The notes below the pieces were generated by a model. That model did not search any database. It was not told where the DNA came from and worked only from the letters and a program-made list of their open reading frames with translations. The position numbers and the translations under genes were made by a program. From a bacterium (lineage in GTDB: Bacteria; UBP15; UBA6099; JAJRTR01), in the NCBI GenBank assembly GCA_024278215.1, contig JAJRTR010000124.1, forward strand, positions 1 to 64,000: a DNA stretch of 64,000 bases, read 5' to 3'. Below, piece by piece: positions 56,075 through 64,000 of this stretch (positions are counted from its first letter, which is position 1; each line of letters begins with the position of its first letter).

Positions 56075-57430
56075 TCATGGTTTATCGAATTTTGTGTCGC
56101 CGTCATAAACGAGGGCGTCCTGGCTGCGCAAAGTTTCCTGAATATCTCGTGTCAAATCTTCAAAATCTTTTCCGCGCGCCGCACGCAACGCGGCGGCAAC
56201 TCCGCCCGCATGGCCCACCGCCATACATGTAGGCATCACGCGCGTCGATGAAAATCCTTCGTGTGTTACAGATATGCACCTGCCGACCGTGACAAGGTTT
56301 TCCACCTGTATGCCGAGGAGCGAGCGCAGCGGGATGTCGTAGTATCCTTTGCCTTCGATCATGCGGGATTCGAGCCCCGCGCTGTCGGCCCGGTGGATAT
56401 CCATCGGGAACGCGCCTTTGGCGACGACATCGGCGAACCCTTCGCAGGCGACGACATCGTTTTCATTCATCACATATCTTCCTTTGAGCCGCCGTGTCTC
56501 ACGCACTCCTATGTGGTCGGCCACACGCACAAGACGCGCCCAGTTGAATCCGGGTATCTCATCTTTCATGAACCTGACGAGCTCATCCACCTGCCGCAGC
56601 CCTTCCCGCACAGCCGCTGAAAGCTGTTCACCATGCAGCGCGTTGTAACCGGTGACGCGCGTAGTGTTTACGGCGACTTCGGCCGAACGCCCCGTGCCGA
56701 AAAAGAGAAGCCTGTCGCGCATAATGTTCAGCCTGCCCTCGGCGCGCGCTTTATCGACCTGCGGGAAAAAACCCGCGACTCCGATATATCCGTGATCCAG
56801 AACAGATATATCTTTGTTCATATAAAATTCGCCGGAGTGTGATTTCTGGTATTCGATTATCCCGGCGGCATCGACACGGTCCATAATAAAGATAAGCGTC
56901 ATCGGCTGGCAATTGTCGTCGATCTCCATATCGCAGCCCGCCGCCGTTGCCAGGTCACCGTTGCCGCTCGCGTCTACATAACATTTCGCTTTTACCTCCA
57001 GCAGGCCGCCCTGCCGGTCTTCGACGACGACGCTTTCGATCCTCGTCGCGGTCGCCCGGACCTCGCGCAACCTGAATCCCAGTGCGACTTCCACCCCCTC
57101 GGACGACAGCCATTCGGAAAGGAAGATTTTCAGGGCATCGGGGTCCACAGGCGTAACAGAGGCAGCGAAACCGACGGGGTCGGGCAGGTGGCCTGGAGTG
57201 GCACCCCGGCTTTTCAGGCGTTCGATCATCTCCTGCGCCACGCCGCCTATCACACGCCTGCCCGGTGCGTGGAAAGTCTGCATCGGTGTCACGAGCGACA
57301 GCGTGGCTGTGCCACCGAGTACAAACGCTCTCTCGGCGAGCAGCACCTTCGCGCCGGCCCGTGCCGCGCCGACTGCCGCCGCCACTCCGGACAGACCGCC
57401 GCCCAGTATGAATATATCAGTTTCCTTCAT
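56075..57430 (-). CDS. FAD-dependent oxidoreductase
   Basis: GGGLSG..AA..AAR, LGG..T, DASG.GD, RETRR..G, Y.IP..SL, GRCIS. Confidence 0.88.
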   Translation of the reverse strand: MKETDIFILGGGLSGVAAAVGAARAGAKVLLAERAFVLGGTATLSLVTPMQTFHAPGRRVIGGVAQEMIERLKSRGATPGHLPDPVGFAASVTPVDPDALKIFLSEWLSSEGVEVALGFRLREVRATATRIESVVVEDRQGGLLEVKAKCYVDASGNGDLATAAGCDMEIDDNCQPMTLIFIMDRVDAAGIIEYQKSHSGEFYMNKDISVLDHGYIGVAGFFPQVDKARAEGRLNIMRDRLLFFGTGRSAEVAVNTTRVTGYNALHGEQLSAAVREGLRQVDELVRFMKDEIPGFNWARLVRVADHIGVRETRRLKGRYVMNENDVVACEGFADVVAKGAFPMDIHRADSAGLESRMIEGKGYYDIPLRSLLGIQVENLVTVGRCISVTHEGFSSTRVMPTCMAVGHAGGVAAALRAARGKDFEDLTRDIQETLRSQDALVYDGDTKFDKP

Positions 57431-57500
57431 TGTCGCTTTCCGGGCCGGGAATTATCTTTCGGCAATAATAAAGCAATAATAGGTGTCGCCGCACTCCATT
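57429..57500. repeat. Family E REP-like remnant overlapping the oxidoreductase start
   Basis: ATTGTCGCTTTCCGGGCCGGGAATTA (23/26 identical to 55984-56009) and AAAGC...TGTCGCCGCACTCCA. Confidence 0.5.
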
Positions 57501-57535
57501 TGTGAAGAAGCATATCTCTGCGTGAATGTCCGCCG

Positions 57536-59431
57536 TCAAACGAACTTTGCGCTCTTGAGTTTCTTTTTGGCAATGCGCAGCCCACGGGCTTTCAGTCCGC
57601 GCACCGGGTAGTCGGCGATGCTGAACTCGCCGTCGAGCACCCTCATTCTCAGTTCGTGCTTGTATTGCAGGGACAGCTTTTTGCTCGAATCGGTCGTCAG
57701 TTTCAGCGCGACGCACCCGTCGGGCACAAGGCTGTATTCCTTGTTGAGGATGAACTTGTCGATCCGGCAGCGCTTTATATACGGGTACGACGTTTTTTTC
57801 TCTTTGTACAGCACGTTGAATATGACATCCTTATCGACGAACCCGCAATAGAGCATTCCTTTGCCGACAAAAAGTTTTTCCGGCACGTCGATCACCGAAT
57901 ATTCGCCGTTTTTGCGTATCACGAGCACACGGTCGTATTCCGACACGTCGAGTATTTCCGTGCCCTCGACATCACTGTAGCCGAGGTAGCCGGTTTCCCT
58001 GTCGTAGCATAGTTTGAGGTCGCGTTTCGCGGCAGCGCGCGCGTCCACTTTGTCGATGGATTTTATCTCCGTGCGGCGCGGGAACTGCGGCCTGTATATC
58101 TCGATGAGCGCACGGAGGAAATCTATCGAATATTCTGTAATATTCGACAGCGCCTCCCTTATTTCGCGGAGCCGCCTGCGGATGTCGCTCATTTCTTTTT
58201 TCGCTTTGTTTATGTCGTAGAGGGAAATGCGCCTGATGGGAATCTTCAACAGCGTCTCGACATCTTCGCTGGTTACATCGCGCTTGATCTTATCCTTGAA
58301 GGGTTCGAGCCCGGCAATCACGGCGTTTTGCACGTTTTTCTTCGTTTTTTCCTCTTCGATCAGTTTGTATATGCGGTTTTCGATAAATATCTGCTCGATA
58401 GTCTTCGCGTGGAGCCGCGCCCGGAGTTTTTCTTTTTCTATATTAAGTTCGGCTGTGAGTATCTCGACGAGCCGCTCGGAACTGTACTTTATCACTTCCG
58501 TCACAGTCATCTGCTGCGGCCTGTTGTCACGGTTGATAATCATCAGGTGCGTCGAGATCGAATTCTCGCAGTTTGTGAAAGCATAGAGCGCGTCGACGAC
58601 ATCTTTTGTCTTCACGTTGCGGGCGAGCCGCACTTCGATCTCGACGTTTTCCGCCGTGTAGTCGTTGATGCTCGATACTTTAATGTGATTTTTTTTCGAA
58701 GCCGCTTCGATGGAGTTTATGAGCGATTCGGTCGTGGTGCCGTAAGGTATTTCCCTGATAATGATGCGTTTGGGGTCTTTTGTGTCGAGCCGCGCCCGCA
58801 CGACGACTTTGCCGTTGCCGTCCTCATATTCCGAGACGTCGACGAGTCCGCCTGTCGGGAAATCGGGATAGACAGTGAACTCTTCATTTCTCAGGCAGTT
58901 GATCTGCGCTTCGAGCAGTTCGATGAAATTGTGGGGCAGAATCTTTGTGGACATACCGACCGCGATGCCCTCCGCGCCGTGCGCCAGCACGATAGGCACT
59001 TTGGCGGGAAACGCCACGGGTTCTTTGTTGCGACCGTCGTAAGAATCGACAAATTGCGTTATTTCCGGGTTGTAGAGAACTTCTTTCGTCAGCGGGAGCA
59101 GGCGGCATTCGATGTATCTCGCGGCCGATGCCTCGTCGCCCGTGTATATGTTGCCGAAGTTACCCTGTTTCTCGATCAGAAGGTCTTTATTCGCGATCAC
59201 AACAAGCGCGGAATATATCGACTGGTCGCCGTGCGGATGATATTTCATCGTGTGGCCGACGACATTCGCCACTTTGTGGAACTTGCCGTCGTCGAGCTCC
59301 AGCAGGGAATGGATTATGCGCCGCTGCACTGGCTTGAGACCATCGTCGATGTGCGGTATTGCCCTATCCTTTATTACATAGGAAGCATATTCCAGAAAGT
59401 TTTCGTCGTATATATTGTGTACATAAGCCAT
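57536..59431 (-). CDS. parC: DNA topoisomerase IV subunit A (short type)
   Basis: DGLKPVQRR, YHPHGD, catalytic AARY, GIAVG, PDFPTGG; 631 aa with no recognisable GyrA box. Confidence 0.88.
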   Translation of the reverse strand: MAYVHNIYDENFLEYASYVIKDRAIPHIDDGLKPVQRRIIHSLLELDDGKFHKVANVVGHTMKYHPHGDQSIYSALVVIANKDLLIEKQGNFGNIYTGDEASAARYIECRLLPLTKEVLYNPEITQFVDSYDGRNKEPVAFPAKVPIVLAHGAEGIAVGMSTKILPHNFIELLEAQINCLRNEEFTVYPDFPTGGLVDVSEYEDGNGKVVVRARLDTKDPKRIIIREIPYGTTTESLINSIEAASKKNHIKVSSINDYTAENVEIEVRLARNVKTKDVVDALYAFTNCENSISTHLMIINRDNRPQQMTVTEVIKYSSERLVEILTAELNIEKEKLRARLHAKTIEQIFIENRIYKLIEEEKTKKNVQNAVIAGLEPFKDKIKRDVTSEDVETLLKIPIRRISLYDINKAKKEMSDIRRRLREIREALSNITEYSIDFLRALIEIYRPQFPRRTEIKSIDKVDARAAAKRDLKLCYDRETGYLGYSDVEGTEILDVSEYDRVLVIRKNGEYSVIDVPEKLFVGKGMLYCGFVDKDVIFNVLYKEKKTSYPYIKRCRIDKFILNKEYSLVPDGCVALKLTTDSSKKLSLQYKHELRMRVLDGEFSIADYPVRGLKARGLRIAKKKLKSAKFV

Positions 59432-59449
59432 GTTCGGTTCTGATTCCGT

Positions 59450-61258
59450 TTAAACTAAATTCTCGATAATGTATTCCCGTCTTTCGGGAGTGTTTTTCCC
59501 CATATAGAACCGCAGAGTATCGGGAATGTGCGCCACGGATTTCACATTTATGCGCACAAGCCTGATGTTGTCGCCGATGAACTGGCCGAACTCGCCGGGT
59601 GAAATTTCGCCAAGCCCTTTGAATCTCGTGATCTCCGGATTTTTGACCTTTTTCAGCAACGCGTCGCGCTCTTTGTTATTGTAGGCGTAATAGGTATTTG
59701 TTTTATTGCGCACCCTGAACAGCGGCGTCTCCAGAATATATACATGGCCCCTGATGACGAGGTTTTCGAAGTAGTTGAGGAAATATGTCAGCAACAGGTT
59801 CCTGATATGGTAACCGTCCACGTCGGCATCGGTCGCGATGATGACTTTGTTGAAACGAAGGGTGTCGATATCGTCCTCGATATTGAGAGCCTTCATAAGA
59901 TTGTATAGTTCGGCATTCTTGTAAATCGCGGCGCGTGTTTTCCCGAAAAGGTTCTGCGGTTTGCCTCTCAATGTGAAAATGGCCTGAGTCATAGCGTCGC
60001 GTGAAGATACGATCGAACCGGCGGCCGACTGGCCTTCTGTAATAAAAATCATAGTCCGGTCACCATGCTTCTTGTGGTCCCTGTGATACTTGCAATCTTT
60101 GAGATTCGGTATCTTTATCTGGATTCGTTTTGCGGCTTCGCGGGCTTCCTTTTTAACGGCGTTCAGTTCCTTGCGCAGTTTTTCATTGTTGACAATCTTC
60201 AACTCTATTTTCTCGGCGGCATCATGATTCTTATGCAGGAAGTCAACAACACTGGCTTTGACCTCGTTGACAATCCAGCTTCGTATCTCCGTGTTGCCCA
60301 GCTTGTTTTTTGTCTGCGACTCGAAAATGGGAGACTTGAGTTTTATCGCAATCGCTCCGATAACACCGTCCCTGACATCCTGCCCCGCGAATGACTTTTT
60401 ATAAAATTCATTGACACCTTTCAGGATGCCTTCGCGAAACGCGCTCTGATGTGTGCCTCCGTCATTTGTATACTGCCCGTTGACAAAAGAAAAATACGAT
60501 TCACCGTAAGAATTCGTATGTGTGAAGGAGAATTCGAGCTTTTTCGATTTGTAATAAACAGGGTCGTATATGGGAGAACTGCCGGTCTGTCCGAGCAGCA
60601 GGTCAAGCAGTCCATTTTTCGATTCGAACTTTTTGCCGTTAAGGTACAGGGCCAGCCCGCTGTTGAGACATGCGTATCGCCACACTCTCTTTTCGACATG
60701 ATCGAGGTTGAATTCATATTCGCCGAAAATCTCTTCGTCGGGCTCGAACTCGATCAGGGTGCCGTCGGGCTCCGACTTCGCGCCGCCTCTTTTCTTCCCC
60801 CTGATATCGCCGCGCGAAAACTCCGCGCTCATGTACTTGCCTTCTCGATATGATGTGACTTTAAAAAATGAGGACAGCCCGTTCACCGCCTTGGTCCCTA
60901 CCCCGTTGAGCCCCACGCTGAACTGGAATACATCGTCGTTATATTTCGCGCCGGTGTTTATCACCGACACACATTCGATGACTTTGCCAAGCGGTATGCC
61001 GCGACCGTAATCACGCACTTTCACGTTTATTCCATCTATTCTTATGTCGACTCTCTTTCCGTAGCCCATGATGAATTCGTCCACGGAATTATCAATCACC
61101 TCTTTGAGCAGAATATATATCCCGTCTTCAGGATCGGAGCCGTTGCCCAGCCGCCCGATGTACATCCCTGTCCTCATCCTGATATGTTCAAGTGAACTCA
61201 GGGTCTTGATCTTGCTTTCGTCGTAAACCGACGACTGTTGTTTCATTGCTTTGCTCAT
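59450..61258 (-). CDS. parE: DNA topoisomerase IV subunit B
   Basis: EHIR.R.GMYIG, EVIDNSVDE, D.GRGIP, GLNGVG, EGQSA, LRGK, TDADVDG, RFKGLGE. Confidence 0.9.
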   Translation of the reverse strand: MSKAMKQQSSVYDESKIKTLSSLEHIRMRTGMYIGRLGNGSDPEDGIYILLKEVIDNSVDEFIMGYGKRVDIRIDGINVKVRDYGRGIPLGKVIECVSVINTGAKYNDDVFQFSVGLNGVGTKAVNGLSSFFKVTSYREGKYMSAEFSRGDIRGKKRGGAKSEPDGTLIEFEPDEEIFGEYEFNLDHVEKRVWRYACLNSGLALYLNGKKFESKNGLLDLLLGQTGSSPIYDPVYYKSKKLEFSFTHTNSYGESYFSFVNGQYTNDGGTHQSAFREGILKGVNEFYKKSFAGQDVRDGVIGAIAIKLKSPIFESQTKNKLGNTEIRSWIVNEVKASVVDFLHKNHDAAEKIELKIVNNEKLRKELNAVKKEAREAAKRIQIKIPNLKDCKYHRDHKKHGDRTMIFITEGQSAAGSIVSSRDAMTQAIFTLRGKPQNLFGKTRAAIYKNAELYNLMKALNIEDDIDTLRFNKVIIATDADVDGYHIRNLLLTYFLNYFENLVIRGHVYILETPLFRVRNKTNTYYAYNNKERDALLKKVKNPEITRFKGLGEISPGEFGQFIGDNIRLVRINVKSVAHIPDTLRFYMGKNTPERREYIIENLV

Positions 61259-61668
61259 TATGTTATTTTTTCCGCGCCGAACTTGCGTCCGGCATGACAT
61301 CCCGTTTTTTTATCGTATTGCTAAAGAGCACATACCTCTTTTATGTCGAATCTAATATTCGGATAGCTTTTCGGCTTCCTGCTCCACAATAAAATACTTT
61401 ACCAGATTTTTCATTATAAATAATAGCGCAATATGTTGCAAATCATTTTAAAAAATATTCATCAGTTCCTGAAAACCTGCATAGTGCGCTATCATGCGTC
61501 ATAGTTGCCTATAGTTCGCAATACCGCCCTTTACTGTTGTTGCTCCGGGCAGTCCTCCGGTTCAACTGTAAGCAATAGGATGTTGTAGTAGGGAAATATT
61601 ACTGCGTTTGCCTGAAATCGCCCCGTCACAAACACGCTTTTGCAAAAAGCTCCGAAGAAAAAAAAGAA

Positions 61669-61698
61669 TTGCATTTTATGGCAATATCCTAATATAAT
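61669..61698 (+). promoter_or_regulatory. Putative sigma70 promoter with upstream A-tract
   Basis: TTGCAT-18 bp-TATAAT preceded by AAGAAAAAAAAGAA. Confidence 0.55.
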
Positions 61699-62023
61699 GT
61701 CTATCGGCTGACGGGCCGAGAAGGCACGTAAATAGCACAGGAGACTGTTCGGGAGCCGTTTTGTTCGAAGGCTGTGACGTCCGATCTATTTTTTTACGCT
61801 CCGAGCGTCAGTCTATCCTACACAATTTCCTTTCGGAAAATTACATGTTGTTTTTAACGGCAAAGACGCTTGAGCATTGTATTGCGAAGGCGCGCTGCGC
61901 TATTGCGAAATATGCAACGGACTCATGCTGTACGAGTTTGCATATACCACACACATTTTTCACTGTGAGCTCTCACAGAGGTCAAAATATTTTATGAATA
62001 ATTCACTTTACAACAGAGGGAAA

Positions 62024-64000
62024 TTGAAATTGATGATCGCAGTGATTGCGGCGATTACCGTTCTGTCTTTTGCGCCGCAACCGGCGGCGGCTCTCGACAT
62101 CATGCCTGTAGACCAGGTCAAAGAGGGGATGAAGGGTTACGGTAAGACGGTATTCGCGGGGGACAGGATATCCCGGTTCCCGGTGAAGGTGCGCGGAGTA
62201 GTGCCCGGCAGCGGTATGAGCGGCGAGCCGCTGATACTGGTGGAGCTTACGGGCCGCGAGGTCGAGCGCTACGGCGGTGTGTCGATGGGAATGAGCGGTT
62301 CGCCGATATATGTGAACAACAAGTTGATCGGAGCGCTGTCACTGGCATTCCCGTTGAGCGACCATAGTCTCGGCGGTGTGACACCTATCGAGGTGATGCT
62401 CGAGGCGTCGAAGTATGACACGAAAACCGGGCCAGGCTCCGAGCAGGGTAAGATTCCGCTGGAAAAACCGCTGCGGGTGGCCGGCAAAACTTATAAATGG
62501 ATACAGCACGGCGTTGCCGATTCGATGGAACCCGGCGTGTTGTATGCCCGCCCTGCCCTTGCGCCGGTGGCGGTCGGCGGCCTGAGCGACAGGGCGATGG
62601 GCCTGATGAAACGGCAGTTCGCACAGAACGGTATCGAGATACGGCCTATAAAAAAGTTACAGAAAGGCACGGCGAAATCCGACGGGATCATCGGACCCGG
62701 CTCGGCGCTCGAGCCCGGCAGTTCCGTGGCGGTGCAGCTCATCAGGGGCGACATCGACTTCTCGGCTGTCGGCACGGTCACTGCGATCGAAGACGGGCGT
62801 GTGCTGCTGTTCGGACATCCGTTTTTCCGCAAAGGGCCGGTGGAATACCTGCTCGCGGACGCCTATGTGAACGCGATCGTAACATCGACGGATGTGCCGT
62901 ATAAAATCACTACGACGGGCCTTCTGCGCGGCATGGTAGTGCAGGACAGGGGCAGCGCGCTGGTGGGCAGGCTGGACAGCTATCCGCTGCTGGTGCCGGT
63001 GAAAGTGAATGTGACCGACGCGGACATCGGGCGCAAAAAGACTGTCGCCGTAAAGATCGTGCGCGACCCGGATTTCATTGTTAATCTCATACTGATGACA
63101 GCGCTGGAAGCTATCGACAATTCGATAGACCGCATTGGGCGCGGTACGGCGAGAATGAGGTTCAACCTGCGCGCTTCGGGACACGACGGCACTGTTAAGA
63201 TGGAAAACATGTTTTATGACAGGTACGATATAGCGATCCGGTCGCTGTCGGACCTTGTAGACGCGCTGATGCTGTTCTCCGAAAACCGCTTTTTCGACTC
63301 GATGGTCACGGGCCTGGAGATAAATCTCGATATTGATTCGTCGAACTCCGTGGCGTCTATTGAAAAAGTGGAGATAGCGGAAAGGATAGAGAACCCGGCG
63401 GACGAAGCGGCCCGCACGGCGGCGGAACAACGGGCGCAGGCAAAGGGGAAAACCGCTGAAACGGAATCGGCAAAGGGAGATACGAAAGAAACAGCACCCG
63501 AAGAAACTACCGAAGAAACTTCAGCGAAAACGAAAGTATCCATCGAAAAAACGGAACTTGAAAGTATTGAAGGGAAGACGGACGAAGAAAAGGATTTCGA
63601 CGATTTTCTCGACAATATTTTCTCGACGAAAGCTAAAAATAAAAAGGGAAACGACAAGAAAGAAGAGTTTCCGCGTGTGATGCGGGGCGAGAAACTCAAG
63701 CTCAGTGTCCGCGTGCGACCATATAAGGAAGATACTGTCGGCGAGAATCTTTTTCTGAAAGTGCCGCAAAACATTGCCCTGGGCAACGCTGTGATAAAGG
63801 TTTTCTCCGGCAAACCCGAGCCCACTATGAGCGCCGGGGTTTTCAATATCGACATAAGCGCGGATAACCCCGAAGATCGTGAGCAGGCTGAAAATAATAC
63901 GTATGACGAGGAGGAAAAGGAGGAATCTTTCGATGATGTTCTCAATGATTTCCTCGATCGCGACCTCAACAACGAACTTGTGGCGACTATTATGCCGGTC
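62024..64000 (+). CDS. SpoIVB peptidase S55-domain secreted protein (3'-partial)
   Basis: Manually translated: signal peptide, GMKGYGKTVF.G, GMSGSPIY...LIGA, GTVT, FGHPF. Absent from the ORF track because no stop is reached; start 61994, 62024 or 62033. Confidence 0.85.
   Translation, partial: MKLMIAVIAAITVLSFAPQPAAALDIMPVDQVKEGMKGYGKTVFAGDRISRFPVKVRGVVPGSGMSGEPLILVELTGREVERYGGVSMGMSGSPIYVNNKLIGALSLAFPLSDHSLGGVTPIEVMLEASKYDTKTGPGSEQGKIPLEKPLRVAGKTYKWIQHGVADSMEPGVLYARPALAPVAVGGLSDRAMGLMKRQFAQNGIEIRPIKKLQKGTAKSDGIIGPGSALEPGSSVAVQLIRGDIDFSAVGTVTAIEDGRVLLFGHPFFRKGPVEYLLADAYVNAIVTSTDVPYKITTTGLLRGMVVQDRGSALVGRLDSYPLLVPVKVNVTDADIGRKKTVAVKIVRDPDFIVNLILMTALEAIDNSIDRIGRGTARMRFNLRASGHDGTVKMENMFYDRYDIAIRSLSDLVDALMLFSENRFFDSMVTGLEINLDIDSSNSVASIEKVEIAERIENPADEAARTAAEQRAQAKGKTAETESAKGDTKETAPEETTEETSAKTKVSIEKTELESIEGKTDEEKDFDDFLDNIFSTKAKNKKGNDKKEEFPRVMRGEKLKLSVRVRPYKEDTVGENLFLKVPQNIALGNAVIKVFSGKPEPTMSAGVFNIDISADNPEDREQAENNTYDEEEKEESFDDVLNDFLDRDLNNELVATIMPV

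Noticed and set aside
57536-61258. gyrA/gyrB assignment
   Set aside because: Short A subunit with no recognisable GyrA box fits topoisomerase IV better.

Overview
Bacterial chromosomal window, almost entirely minus-strand genes, probably from a diderm (TolB-like, AsmA, FecR and SLH/beta-barrel proteins); the phylum cannot be assigned from sequence alone. Housekeeping genes include alr, nnr, rpiB, purH, purM, a GuaB3-type IMPDH, tsaD, nrdR, glyA, the archaeal-type DHQ pair (ADH synthase + DHQ synthase II), nth and parE/parC. The most unusual block is a co-oriented, tightly spaced ~19.5 kb cluster (13751-33298). It encodes a giant Ig-repeat surface protein, a second Ig protein, a double-SLH/beta-barrel protein, a FecR-domain protein, a Cache-HAMP-GAF-PP2C-pseudoreceiver-ATPase/kinase fusion, a STAS-zinc-ribbon protein, an MBL hydrolase broken by one in-frame TAA, and an excisionase-HTH/FapA(DUF342) fusion. 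I read this as a candidate surface-sensing partner-switching system. Intergenic DNA carries two MITE families with visible terminal inverted repeats and 4-bp target duplications, plus several REP-like families. Other oddities: a PurH with a degenerate IMP-cyclohydrolase domain, a DnaA-box cluster far from dnaA, and a candidate small RNA at ~61.7 kb. No rRNA, tRNA or CRISPR array was seen. All family calls come from motif recognition by eye, not database searches.
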